A stretch of 35,414 nt of DNA, taken from assembly GCA_947591175.1 (NCBI GenBank), contig CANQDB010000002.1, forward strand, positions 1 through 35,414. Direction: 5' to 3'. Under the pieces are notes generated by a model. It made no database searches. It worked only from the letters and a program-made list of their open reading frames with translations, and was not told where the DNA came from. The translations under genes and the position numbers were made by a program. This document shows, piece by piece, positions 25,202 through 34,507 of this stretch (position 1 is its first letter; every line of letters starts with the position of its first letter). Source of the stretch: an uncultured Bacilli bacterium. GTDB lineage: Bacteria; Bacillota_I; Bacilli_A; RF39; UBA660.

Positions 25202-26068
25202 TTAATTTTTCCTAATCTTCTTAAGCATAACTTTTTGTAGATCTTCATCTTTATCTAATATTGAAGAAGATAGAGGTTTATAGTTTTTAGGAAGAATCTC
25301 CTTAGACATATAAGTATCTAAGTACCATTTTATATTTGACTTAGCAAAATTACCATCGTATTTTAAACCACTATTAAACTGAATACCTGCTAAAATAATA
25401 TCTCTTGACATTAACTTTTTCTCTTCTTCATTAACAAGCCATAATAAAGGTGCAACTCGAACCCAAACATATTCATTTTCTTGAATACGTCGCACTCTTT
25501 CAGAGGTTTCATAATCTATTTTATATGGGCATTTCAAGTTAATAAATTTTTCATCTTGATATTCATACTCTTCGTAGGTAACAGGTTTAAAAGGAGTAAT
25601 TATATCAGTATGTTTGATTTCGTCAAAAGTATAAATCTTGCCCGTTGTTTTTAGTTTATTCTCCATTAAGGCTTGGGTTAAAGTATTACTTTTAGAAGTA
25701 GATACAAGAAACTTAGGATATTCGCCAAAGACAACTTGGGGTATTCCTAAATTACTGGTAGTTGCTTCTAGTAAAAGTTTCTCATATAGTTTCGAAGATG
25801 GAACAAGGATAGGACAAATTCCAATATACCGAGCATATACTTCGGATATTGAAAAATTAATATAAACATAGGAAAAATTACCTTCAATACTATCTTTCGT
25901 TTGAGTCCAAAAAGGTCTAGTTGGGCTAAAGGTTGTAAGCCCTAAGGCACAGGCCAAAAATGTTTCTTCAATATCTTTATAAGTCTTTTGGGCAAAAAGA
26001 GAATGTGTTGGTGCTCTTGAATTCATTGTTTCTTCAACTTTAGGTAAAGTTAATTCAAAATCTTTCAT
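25202..26068 (-). CDS. uncharacterised protein, paralog A (FGEYP / EPI-W type family, no signal peptide)
   Basis: Colinear with the upstream paralog by eye: DFELTLP, FWTQ, GICPILVP, VVFGEYP, WVRVAPLLW, NIKWYLDTYMSKEI, and tail SSILDKDEDLQKVMLKK. Starts 13 nt after paralog B. Confidence 0.7.
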   Translation of the reverse strand: MKDFELTLPKVEETMNSRAPTHSLFAQKTYKDIEETFLACALGLTTFSPTRPFWTQTKDSIEGNFSYVYINFSISEVYARYIGICPILVPSSKLYEKLLLEATTSNLGIPQVVFGEYPKFLVSTSKSNTLTQALMENKLKTTGKIYTFDEIKHTDIITPFKPVTYEEYEYQDEKFINLKCPYKIDYETSERVRRIQENEYVWVRVAPLLWLVNEEEKKLMSRDIILAGIQFNSGLKYDGNFAKSNIKWYLDTYMSKEILPKNYKPLSSSILDKDEDLQKVMLKKIRKN

Positions 26069-26081
26069 TGTCTTTCTCCTT

Positions 26082-26930
26082 CTATTTCTTTAGGCGTTTT
26101 TTGAACATTATTTTTTGAAGTTCTTGATCTTCATCTAATATAGAAGATTGGGTTTTACTTATCGACGGACTAATCTCTTCTAAAAGATAGTTATCGATAT
26201 ACCATTTAAGATTGGTATTTGCAAATTTTCCATCATAAGGAAGATTTCGATCATCAAACGGAATACCCCCTACTAAGATTTGCTTAGCTATATAAAAATC
26301 AAAGTTATGAAGACGATACCAAGTAATAGGTTCAACCTCAAACCAATAGTACTTTATTTCTTGAGCAACGATATTGTATTTTCCATAATATAAGTATGGT
26401 ACTCTTACATACCTTTTATTGTTATATGAATATTCTTTAAGTTTTTCTTCTTGAAATGGATCTTGTATTAGAATGGAATGTTGGGCTTCTAAAGTGTAAG
26501 TTTTGCTTGTTTCTAGAAGTTTATTATAACTATATAGTAGCTCTAAATTTGTATTTTCTTCTTCACTTACTTTCGATGTTGGATATTCGCCAAAAGTAAC
26601 AACACTTACTTCTGATGATTTCTTTTCTTCTTGATTATTTAAAAGTTGGGCAAAGGCATGCGATTTAGGTTTAAGAATAGGCCAAATACCTGATATACAA
26701 TGTCCTGAATTATCGTATTGGCTAGAGTCAGTCTGAAATTTTGCAACATAAACGAAACACTTATTATAAGCACTTTGTGTCCAAAATAAGCCATCAGATC
26801 TCGCCCCTCTAGCTAAGGCATAATCGGTGGGAAGAAAATCATTTATATCCCATAGGGAAATATTATCTATTCCTTCTTTTAGGGCTTTGAACTCATCTAT
26901 AGTTGGAATAGTTAATTCAAAATCAGCCAT
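26082..26930 (-). CDS. uncharacterised protein, paralog B (FGEYP / EPI-W type family, no signal peptide)
   Basis: Motifs DFELTIP, FWTQS, GIWPILKP, VTFGEYP, WFEVEPITWYRL, NLKWYIDNYLLEEI, and tail SSILDEDQELQKIMFKK. ATG at 26930 preferred (GAGGTGAGG upstream); the track GTG at 26939 lies inside that RBS. Confidence 0.7.
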   Translation of the reverse strand: MADFELTIPTIDEFKALKEGIDNISLWDINDFLPTDYALARGARSDGLFWTQSAYNKCFVYVAKFQTDSSQYDNSGHCISGIWPILKPKSHAFAQLLNNQEEKKSSEVSVVTFGEYPTSKVSEEENTNLELLYSYNKLLETSKTYTLEAQHSILIQDPFQEEKLKEYSYNNKRYVRVPYLYYGKYNIVAQEIKYYWFEVEPITWYRLHNFDFYIAKQILVGGIPFDDRNLPYDGKFANTNLKWYIDNYLLEEISPSISKTQSSILDEDQELQKIMFKKRLKK

Positions 26931-26955
26931 ATTCCTCACCTCTTTAATGTATTTT

Positions 26956-26984
26956 ATTTTATAAATTTAAAAGAGATAAGTCAA
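26956..26984 (-). promoter_or_regulatory. promoter of the paralog pair
   Basis: Minus strand TTGACT-17-TAAAAT. It overlaps a GATAAG/CTTATC hairpin (26975-26992) that may terminate the upstream yfhO-like gene. Confidence 0.5.
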
Positions 26985-27003
26985 TCCTTATCCCTTGTTA
27001 TAA

Positions 27004-29706
27004 CTAGTATTTAAGATGGACGAAAAACGAGATGATAAAGCCAATAAAAGGTACTAAATAGATAGCCACTAATAGGACTAAATACAAGGCTCGATATAAA
27101 TATAGAGCAATCTTTTGTAAGAAGTTACTACTTACTATTTTAGTATAAAGATTCGTTTTAAATAACACGATAATTGCAAGTATTGTTACGACACTTAGTA
27201 ATAGACCAGCCTTAAAGCCAGGGGATGTATAAGTGAAAGTTATTTCGTTTAGACCATCTTCAACTTTGACACCCAAGTAATTATCGTATAGACATAGTAC
27301 TTCACTCGGTTTACCATTTACTTCTACTTGATAACCTTTGTTGTAAGTAATCGGTAAAAATAATATCTTCCCTTCTTCTCCTTGGACTTTAACGTTGACT
27401 TGGTTATTAGCAAAATCTATAGTAAGTGCTGCTCCTTCGTTAGAAATAAATTCTTCGTACTTAGCAACATCCATCATACCGATTTCTAATATTTTTAATG
27501 GTGTTGTCTTTTCGAATTCAAGTCTTATCGTTACATCTTCGTTTTCATAAATACCTAAGTCTAAAAGACCATTATCGATTTCTTCTGGATAACTAGCCCG
27601 GAAGAGTTTACCATTAACATAAATATTAAGGTGTTCTAGTATTTCTTTATTTTTTTCGTTTTCAATCGAAAACATCAATTCTAAATAAAGATCTTTTTTA
27701 TCTTTGACAGTTATTGTCTTTTCGAGATAAGCGATTTTTCCATCGTGTCTAATGTGGTAGTACAGGTAATCGTCTTCCTCTTCATCTTTATAGATATATA
27801 AGTTTTTCTTTTGCCATAGAGTCTTATCTATTTCAAAGATATTATCTTTAGAACCCGTTATACTCTGATAAATTGTATTTTGCATTTCGAAAGCATTTGC
27901 CTCTTTTGGAATATCTACTTCGTGATCTATAAAGTAGCCATATGGAATACTATTCTTATGTTCGTAGAAAAGAATCGAACCTTGATAGGAAATATAATTA
28001 TAATAAGGACTTTCGTATGGTTCTTTACTGATTAAGTACTGGTTTGCAAGAAGGGCATCACTAAAGAGAGTACCTCCGATAGAATAGGTTTTAACCCAAT
28101 AAGATGAGTAACCTAATCTTTTTAAGAATTGCATATTTTCTTTATCCGTCAAAGAAGTAAAATGATCGATACTAGGGAATTTAGTCACCATTCCATGGTT
28201 CATTACTAATTTAGGATAGATACTTTTAACGCGTTTAAAGTTTTTATCTTGGTAAGTTGTACCCATCGTTTCCATATCTTGGTAAACTCCTGTCAAATCT
28301 TCTTGGGCAAAGTCTATACCAAAATACAAAAGACTACAGCAACCGATATTTACTAAAACTAATATCCAGATAAAAAAGAAAGTCTTCTTATCGTAATTAA
28401 AGTTATTAAGTTTTAAAACAAGGAATATTCCTAAGGCCAAAACTAACATTATAATCATTAATGTTGTCGCCGTCCACACATCTTTTCCTAATGATATTTT
28501 ATATATTTCTTTTTGTAAGGCTCCATAACGAACACAAGTAATCACAATCGCTACAAGTGACGAGATAATTGTAATTAGAAAAGCATAAGGAATTCTTTTT
28601 TTAGGAAATTCTTTTTCTTTAGCAATTTTCGTAAAGTAATAGATAGTTCCTATAAGCATGAGGAATAAAGTAACAAAGCCAATTCTTTGCGGAAAGAAAG
28701 CATAACTTCCTAAGTGGTTCATCTTGTTTATTGGTTCGACGATAATTGGCAACAACAGTAAGATGAGAATTATTCCATAGAAATAGAGAATTTTATGGTG
28801 TTCTTTATTTTTATAGCCTTTGAAAAATAAAAGAATCGTACCAACTATTGAGAATCCAGCGGTAATAAAGAGACATAGTTTATCGTTTAATGGTCCAAAT
28901 TTCGAATTCATCAAGTTTTCAAGATCGAACCCTACTCTACTAGAAACGGATAATTGTGATAAACTTGGGAATAATAAGAAAGAAGATAATAAAAGGGCAA
29001 AGACAGTTGAGAGTCCCAATTGTAAGATTGCCTTGCCATGTTTTTCTTTTGCGTGAAAACAGTATAAGTAGATGGCCGAGACTAAGACTAAAAATATAGC
29101 AAGTAAGGTCGTCAAGTAAAATGAAAAGATGAAACAAGCTCCTAGACAAAAGATATATATAAGTGGACTTTCACCATCTAAAACCTTTTTAAGACCAATC
29201 ATCAAGATTGGGAATAGATAAACGATATCGATCCACGCTGTAATTTGATAATTAAGTAGTTGGTATCCAGAAAAAGCATAAAGTAACGCAAGTAACACGC
29301 TTAGATAATGCGGACTATCTTTAAAGTAACGTCTTATAAAATAAAGGGCTGCCCAACTGGATAAGAGAATTTTAACGACGATTAGAATAGAGACTGCTAA
29401 ATAGATATCGTGGCGGGGAAATAAGAGGATTAAAAAACTTACGGGACTTGCTAAATAATAGGAAAGTATTCCTAAAAAGTTTATTCCCCCACTCGTCGTG
29501 AAGTCGATGAACAAGGAAACGTTTCCATGAAAACAATCGTAAAAGTGATAATAGAAAGCCGTCACTTGATCGTGCATATCGCCCCAAATTAGAGAGTTTG
29601 GACCAAACGGATAAATCCCTTTTATATAGAACAATACACCAAAAATAAGGAGTACTAAGGCTCCTACTACGAGGTATGGTTTAATGTTTCTTTGCTTTTC
29701 CTTCAC
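27004..29706 (-). CDS. YfhO-family polytopic membrane protein (putative glycosyltransferase)
   Basis: 900 aa. N-terminus YIKGIYPFGPNSLIWGDMHDQVTAFYYHF is typical of YfhO. It has many TMs plus a large extracytoplasmic domain. Its GTG start overlaps the recO stop (GTGA). Confidence 0.75.
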   Translation of the reverse strand: MKEKQRNIKPYLVVGALVLLIFGVLFYIKGIYPFGPNSLIWGDMHDQVTAFYYHFYDCFHGNVSLFIDFTTSGGINFLGILSYYLASPVSFLILLFPRHDIYLAVSILIVVKILLSSWAALYFIRRYFKDSPHYLSVLLALLYAFSGYQLLNYQITAWIDIVYLFPILMIGLKKVLDGESPLIYIFCLGACFIFSFYLTTLLAIFLVLVSAIYLYCFHAKEKHGKAILQLGLSTVFALLLSSFLLFPSLSQLSVSSRVGFDLENLMNSKFGPLNDKLCLFITAGFSIVGTILLFFKGYKNKEHHKILYFYGIILILLLLPIIVEPINKMNHLGSYAFFPQRIGFVTLFLMLIGTIYYFTKIAKEKEFPKKRIPYAFLITIISSLVAIVITCVRYGALQKEIYKISLGKDVWTATTLMIIMLVLALGIFLVLKLNNFNYDKKTFFFIWILVLVNIGCCSLLYFGIDFAQEDLTGVYQDMETMGTTYQDKNFKRVKSIYPKLVMNHGMVTKFPSIDHFTSLTDKENMQFLKRLGYSSYWVKTYSIGGTLFSDALLANQYLISKEPYESPYYNYISYQGSILFYEHKNSIPYGYFIDHEVDIPKEANAFEMQNTIYQSITGSKDNIFEIDKTLWQKKNLYIYKDEEEDDYLYYHIRHDGKIAYLEKTITVKDKKDLYLELMFSIENEKNKEILEHLNIYVNGKLFRASYPEEIDNGLLDLGIYENEDVTIRLEFEKTTPLKILEIGMMDVAKYEEFISNEGAALTIDFANNQVNVKVQGEEGKILFLPITYNKGYQVEVNGKPSEVLCLYDNYLGVKVEDGLNEITFTYTSPGFKAGLLLSVVTILAIIVLFKTNLYTKIVSSNFLQKIALYLYRALYLVLLVAIYLVPFIGFIISFFVHLKY

Positions 29707-30455
29707 TTTCCGTCACCTACTCCTAATTTCTTTAGATTATTTAAAAAATGTTTGCTTTTTAAATAGAGACCAGTATATTGCTCGTAATATAAATCGATAA
29801 ATTCTTCGATTTCTTTTTGAACGGAAGTACTTACTTTTAAGGAAGTAATTTTTGCTAAGTCGACGTAAAAGAAAAGTCTTACTAATTTGATCATTTTATC
29901 GCTATAGATTTTTTCGTGTTGGTAACAATTTTGACAGACGTAACCTCCAACATCAGGACTAATCGTGGCAATGTTTTTAGTGCTTCCACATAGAGCACAG
30001 GAATCGATATTAGGTCGAACTCCTAGAGCCTCTAAGTATTTAAGTTCGACAATACTTGTAATAACTCTAGCATCCATTCCCTCATCGATTCGTTTTAAAC
30101 TTTCGATAAAGATATCGTAGACTTCCTCGACACTAGATTGTTTTTGAACTTGGTCAGTTAAATCTGCTAAATAAGTCGCATAGCTTATTTTTTCAATATC
30201 TGCTAAAAGATAGGGAAAAGCATCTAGGACATCCACGGCACTTAAGGTCGATAGACCTTCTTTTTTATAATAAATATGAAAAATGCCATAAGTGAAACGC
30301 GCACTAACACTTCGTAAAGGACTTTTTAATTGTCTGCAGCCTTTCGAGAGAATCCCTATTTTTCCATAGTCTTTTGTCAAGACATTTAAAACTTTCGAAG
30401 ACTCACTATAAGGAGTTTCGCCAAGGACGATTCCTTCGACTTCAACTAGTGCCAT
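29703..30455 (-). CDS. recO: DNA repair protein RecO
   Basis: N-terminal OB-fold region (VEGIVLGETPYSESSKVLNVLT) and zinc motif CALCGS...CQNC. Confidence 0.9.
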   Translation of the reverse strand: MALVEVEGIVLGETPYSESSKVLNVLTKDYGKIGILSKGCRQLKSPLRSVSARFTYGIFHIYYKKEGLSTLSAVDVLDAFPYLLADIEKISYATYLADLTDQVQKQSSVEEVYDIFIESLKRIDEGMDARVITSIVELKYLEALGVRPNIDSCALCGSTKNIATISPDVGGYVCQNCYQHEKIYSDKMIKLVRLFFYVDLAKITSLKVSTSVQKEIEEFIDLYYEQYTGLYLKSKHFLNNLKKLGVGDGK

Positions 30456-30459
30456 ATCA

Positions 30460-30546
30460 TCACTTCTTTTCTTTTAATTTCTTAGCTAATAAATAGTATT
30501 GAATGTTTCCTGTTTTTTTAAATAATTCCCATAAGATCCTATGCAT
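30460..30546 (-). CDS. yqzL: unannotated 28-aa YqzL-like small protein (MHRILWELFKKTGNIQYYLLAKKLKEKK)
   Basis: W..F..TGNI..YLL.K matches my recollection of the YqzL family. RBS GAGGTGAAGG upstream. Located between era and recO. Confidence 0.5.
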   Translation of the reverse strand: MHRILWELFKKTGNIQYYLLAKKLKEKK

Positions 30547-30581
30547 TTTACCTTCACCTCTATTCATATTGTGAAGGTAAA
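30547..30581 (-). promoter_or_regulatory. perfect 11-bp stem hairpin covering the RBS of the yqzL-like ORF
   Basis: TTTACCTTCAC-13 nt-GTGAAGGTAAA. The 3' arm on the minus strand contains the GGTGAAGG Shine-Dalgarno. No U-run follows. Confidence 0.5.
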
Positions 30582-30590
30582 TTAAATTTT

Positions 30591-31472
30591 TTATTCGTCT
30601 TTTAAACCAAATTCTTCAAGGTAGTATTCTTTATCTCGCCAGTCTTCGATAGTTTTGACGAAGGTTCGTAAGAAGACTTTTTTGCCAAGATATTCTTCTA
30701 AATCGATTCTTGCTTCCGTTCCGATTTGTTTAATCATTTGGCCTTGTTTACCGATTAAAATTTTTTTTAGGTTTTCGCGGTCGACTATAATTTGAACACC
30801 TATTTCGATATAGTCATCTTTTTCTTCGTAAGACTCAACCATACAAGTTACGGCATGTGGTACTTCTTTATCAGTTAAACGTAAAACTTTTTCACGAACG
30901 ATTTCGGCAATATAGAAGTAATTCGAAATATTCGTAATAACATCGTCATCGTATATTTTTTCAGTTCCTTTTAAATAAGGTTTAATGACTTCAATTAGAT
31001 GGTCGACATTATCACCTTTCAAAGCCGAAAGAGGAACTATTTCTTTAAAATCATAGTAATCTTTATAAGTATCGATTAAAGATAGTAGTTTTTCTTTTTT
31101 TATTTTGTCGACTTTATTTAAAAGTAAGATAACCGGTGACTCGTTTTCTTTTAAGCGATTTAAAATAAATTGGTCCCCTTTACCGAAGCCTGTAGAAGCA
31201 TCGATTAAAAAGAGTACTACGTCGACATCATCGACACTTTCATAGGCTTTTTTATTTAATAAATTACCCAATTTATGAACTGGTTTATGTATACCTGGTG
31301 TATCGATAAAAACTATTTGGGTGTCCTCATCATGATAGATTCCTTGAATACTATTTCTTGTCGTTTGGGCTTTATCAGATGTTATCGCAATTTTCGATTG
31401 CAAAAGAGAGTTCAAAAGTGTACTTTTTCCGACGTTAGGACGACCGACTAGACTTACAAATCCGCTTCTCAT
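30591..31472 (-). CDS. era: GTPase Era
   Basis: G1 motif GRPNVGKST, DTPG, NKVD and a KH domain. The ATG at 31472 overlaps the cdd stop (ATGA) and is preferred over the track start at 31505. Confidence 0.93.
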   Translation of the reverse strand: MRSGFVSLVGRPNVGKSTLLNSLLQSKIAITSDKAQTTRNSIQGIYHDEDTQIVFIDTPGIHKPVHKLGNLLNKKAYESVDDVDVVLFLIDASTGFGKGDQFILNRLKENESPVILLLNKVDKIKKEKLLSLIDTYKDYYDFKEIVPLSALKGDNVDHLIEVIKPYLKGTEKIYDDDVITNISNYFYIAEIVREKVLRLTDKEVPHAVTCMVESYEEKDDYIEIGVQIIVDRENLKKILIGKQGQMIKQIGTEARIDLEEYLGKKVFLRTFVKTIEDWRDKEYYLEEFGLKDE

Positions 31473-31861
31473 AGAAAGTCCTCGCTTGTAAATGGTTCTG
31501 GGCATAGTTCTGAAACAAGATATTTTTTAGCGTCACCTTTACGATTACTAAAGATAATTTCATCGTCACTTGCAAAGAACTCTAAAATAACTTGGCGACA
31601 TAAGAAACAAGATGATGAGATCTTATCACTATCGACCATGACATAAAGTTTAGAGAAATCTCCTTTACGATATCCCGCGGCAATAGCAGTTGTAATGGCA
31701 ACTCTTTCAGCACAGATAGTCGCTCCATAACTAGCATTTTCGACGTTTACTCCTTTAAAGCATGTCCCATCTTTCATAACGACGAGACTTGCGACATGAA
31801 AGTTTGAGTAAGGAGCATAACTGTTATCTAATAAATCTATTAATTCATCTTTAATATTCAT
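31469..31861 (-). CDS. cdd: cytidine deaminase
   Basis: CAERVAI zinc motif, a second C..C motif (SSCFLCRQV), 130 aa. Confidence 0.9.
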   Translation of the reverse strand: MNIKDELIDLLDNSYAPYSNFHVASLVVMKDGTCFKGVNVENASYGATICAERVAITTAIAAGYRKGDFSKLYVMVDSDKISSSCFLCRQVILEFFASDDEIIFSNRKGDAKKYLVSELCPEPFTSEDFL

Positions 31862-31872
31862 GATTCTACCTC

Positions 31873-32295
31873 CTAAAATAGTGCTAAAAATTTAGGCACA
31901 AAGATAATACAACCACCGATAAAAGCGGTAATCGAACAAAGTAAAGTCGCAGTTGATGCCGTATCTTTGGCAATCTTGGCAAGTGGATGAATTTGCGGCA
32001 TTGCTAAGTCGATTGTAGCCTCTATTGCTGTATTGATCATCTCACTGGCCGCAGTCACCCCGATCATTAAGATACAAAATAACCATTCATTAACGGTAAG
32101 ATTAAAATATAGGCCAAAACCTACAACCAAAATAGCGGCGATGATAATAATTATCATATTGTGTTCTTCTCTTACGGCATAGACAAAGCCATCGATAGCA
32201 TGAAAGAAACTCTTTTTATAACGAACAAGAGCCGTTCCTGTATCTTTATTACGAACAATTTTCTTTTGTTTTTTAAAGCGATCGAGTAATCCCAT
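31873..32295 (-). CDS. dgkA: diacylglycerol/undecaprenol kinase DgkA
   Basis: 140 aa with three TMs. SFFHAIDGFVYAVREEHN and NTAIE motifs. Overlaps ybeY by 23 nt. Confidence 0.85.
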   Translation of the reverse strand: MGLLDRFKKQKKIVRNKDTGTALVRYKKSFFHAIDGFVYAVREEHNMIIIIIAAILVVGFGLYFNLTVNEWLFCILMIGVTAASEMINTAIEATIDLAMPQIHPLAKIAKDTASTATLLCSITAFIGGCIIFVPKFLALF

Positions 32296-32725
32296 AATGT
32301 GTTAATACCTCCTCTTGACGAGCAAACATTTTTATTTCGTCTTCTTTTTCTTCGTGATTATAGCCCAATAGATGTAAAAGTCCATGAACTGCTAGAAAAG
32401 AAAGTTCCCGCCTAAACGAATGGCCATAACTTTCAGCCTGTTCATGAGCCTTATCGACCGAAATATAGATGTCTCCTAAAAGTCTTATCGCCATCACGAC
32501 ATCCAAATTATCTTCTAAAGCAAAACTGATAACATCTGTTTCTCTATCGATATTTCGATAAGTCTTATTGATTTCGTGAATCTTTTCATTATCGACAAAG
32601 ATAACATTACATTCGGCATTCTTTACTTTTTCTTCTTTTAAGGCATATTTTAAGATCTTGGCTATTTCTTTTTCTTCTTTCTTTAAGTCTTCACTTGTTT
32701 CATTAAAAACATAAACCTTGTTCAT
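32273..32725 (-). CDS. ybeY: rRNA maturation endoribonuclease YbeY
   Basis: Metal-binding motif HGLLHLLGYNH. Confidence 0.92.
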   Translation of the reverse strand: MNKVYVFNETSEDLKKEEKEIAKILKYALKEEKVKNAECNVIFVDNEKIHEINKTYRNIDRETDVISFALEDNLDVVMAIRLLGDIYISVDKAHEQAESYGHSFRRELSFLAVHGLLHLLGYNHEEKEDEIKMFARQEEVLTHYGITRSL

Positions 32726-33339
32726 TATACCACCGCCAATTGATAAACAAAAATAATAAATAAAACGACAATTCCTAAAGCAATCGCATTTAAGACACCT
32801 TCTCTTTTAATAACCGAGGGAATCGAATTACGAAAACGCATTAATAAACGATAGACGACATAACCAATCATACCACCTAGAACATTTAGAATAATATCGT
32901 CAACATCGAAAACGTGACCAATTAAAGATTGCGTTATTTCGATCGAAAGAGAAGCAAATGTAACTAAGCCTAATGGTATAACCCAATTCTCGCTTTTGAT
33001 ATAGTAGGATGCAAAGAAACCATAAGGCACAAACAACAAGAGGTTACCCAAAACCTGTTGTATAAAGAGGCGACTGCCAAAGGGATAACGGAATATTTCC
33101 GTAAATGGGACAAAGTTACTACCCTCACCTATGTCTAGAACATCTTGAAAAGTTACTACTTGGAACAAATACAAAGTGTAAATTAAAAAGAATAAGGATA
33201 GTAGTTCTCGATACAACAGAAAAGACTCCCTATTCTTAACTAAATAAGTTATTCTTAACGAAGCAATAATAAGGACACTAATGACAATTATAGGCCAAGT
33301 TAAATGCATAATCTCTTTAATTGATGTCATTAGTATCAC
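32725..33339 (-). CDS. VanZ-like family membrane protein
   Basis: Polytopic. FVPF and LGNLLLFVPYGFF motifs are typical of the VanZ family. Confidence 0.65.
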   Translation of the reverse strand: MILMTSIKEIMHLTWPIIVISVLIIASLRITYLVKNRESFLLYRELLSLFFLIYTLYLFQVVTFQDVLDIGEGSNFVPFTEIFRYPFGSRLFIQQVLGNLLLFVPYGFFASYYIKSENWVIPLGLVTFASLSIEITQSLIGHVFDVDDIILNVLGGMIGYVVYRLLMRFRNSIPSVIKREGVLNAIALGIVVLFIIFVYQLAVV

Positions 33340-33341
33340 CT

Positions 33342-34502
33342 CTATTCCTCTTTTGGCTCCGTTTCTTGAAGCGGTGCATAGTCCGTAATATTTTCTTCTA
33401 CTTTCAAAAACAATTCTATAATTATTTTACTATCTTCTTCGGTAATTTTCAATTCTTTTTGACTCAAGAGACGAGCGTTTACATCGAGTGATGATAATAC
33501 TTTTTCTTCGGCTAGTTCCTTGGCTTTAGCAATAGCATCTTCTTTAGAATAAGAAATATCGGTAACTTCCAGTTCTTCTTCCTTGACCCAGTTTAAGGAA
33601 AGAGGTAAAAAAGTATGTTTAATTAAGGAAGTAACTAGAGTGTTTTTATCTTTAAAAGGATTAAAATCTAACAAAGAGATATTTTTACCTAAAAAATTTA
33701 TTTGTAAAAGTTTCTTAGTTTTACCTGTTTTCTTTTCTTCGTGATAATGAAGTGGTAAAGAGACCGTTACTTTGTACCAAGTTTCAGCATAGACATTCCC
33801 AGTCGCCGGAACATAAGCCTTAGGGTCTTCTTTATTTTTGATAACTCCCGTTACTAGGATGTCCCCTTTTCTTACGTATTGGTTCTTCTTAGCCACTATT
33901 TCGCCAGTTGACGCTTCGATTTTAGTAATAAGACCATCTTTTTTAGCCACTATATCTCTTGGACTTAACTCTTCTTTAGGAGGATTCAGTTTTCTTTCTT
34001 CAACCCGAACTTCATACTTAGTACCAATTCGTTCTATTTCGATCCATTCTAAAGTATCTTTATGTTTCTTTAGGATTTCATTTCGAATCTCTTCTTTACG
34101 TTCAAACGACACACAAAAGTGAAAAGGACTAATATTATACTCTCTTAGTTCTTGATAAAGTAGTTCTCTTATTTCTTTTTTAGTATGAATTACTTCGACT
34201 TCAAAGATAATATTAGTAAGAAACCAAAGTAGTATTAATCCTAAAGCCAAAAAGAGGAAGAAGTAACGCATCTTCCAACATATATTTTGGATATTCTTAG
34301 GTCCTTTTATTCTTAGAAGACTCATATCATAGATAGTTTTCATATCTATAAGTCTTTGATAGTTCTCATCATCTACTTCAACTATTAAAAAGTTTTTCTC
34401 TTCTTTAACTGAAAAGAAACTCATTTTCATCTTGATAAGTTGTAAAAGAAACCGATGAGGATTTTTACCTTCAATTTTTACAACATAACGATTATTAAAC
34501 AT
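33342..34502 (-). CDS. yqfD: sporulation protein YqfD
   Basis: N-terminus VVKIEGKNPHRFL, one TM, and family-like length. ATG at 34502 (AGGGTGAG RBS) preferred; the alternative GTG at 34511 overlaps the yqfC stop. Confidence 0.85.
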   Translation of the reverse strand: MFNNRYVVKIEGKNPHRFLLQLIKMKMSFFSVKEEKNFLIVEVDDENYQRLIDMKTIYDMSLLRIKGPKNIQNICWKMRYFFLFLALGLILLWFLTNIIFEVEVIHTKKEIRELLYQELREYNISPFHFCVSFERKEEIRNEILKKHKDTLEWIEIERIGTKYEVRVEERKLNPPKEELSPRDIVAKKDGLITKIEASTGEIVAKKNQYVRKGDILVTGVIKNKEDPKAYVPATGNVYAETWYKVTVSLPLHYHEEKKTGKTKKLLQINFLGKNISLLDFNPFKDKNTLVTSLIKHTFLPLSLNWVKEEELEVTDISYSKEDAIAKAKELAEEKVLSSLDVNARLLSQKELKITEEDSKIIIELFLKVEENITDYAPLQETEPKEE

Positions 34503-34507
34503 AGTTC

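Noticed and set aside
24061-27003. Search for direct repeats, att sites or tRNA genes flanking the TA/paralog block as signs of a mobile element.
   Set aside because: None were found by eye, so the block is reported as an accessory insertion of unknown origin rather than a mobile element.
754-34122. Track ORFs lying antisense to or nested within clearly recognisable genes: 754-957, 1294-1830, 2094-2360, 2853-3041, 4721-4963, 11038-11229, 11770-12009, 12461-12664, 13231-13560, 20073-20342, 21953-22162, 22722-22997, 25638-25865, 28820-29056, 28940-29149, 29372-29587 and 33838-34122.
   Set aside because: Each overlaps a longer ORF with family motifs on the other strand or frame. Their translations are low-complexity, Ser/Leu/Ile/Arg/Cys-rich, typical of shadow frames, and none has a credible RBS.
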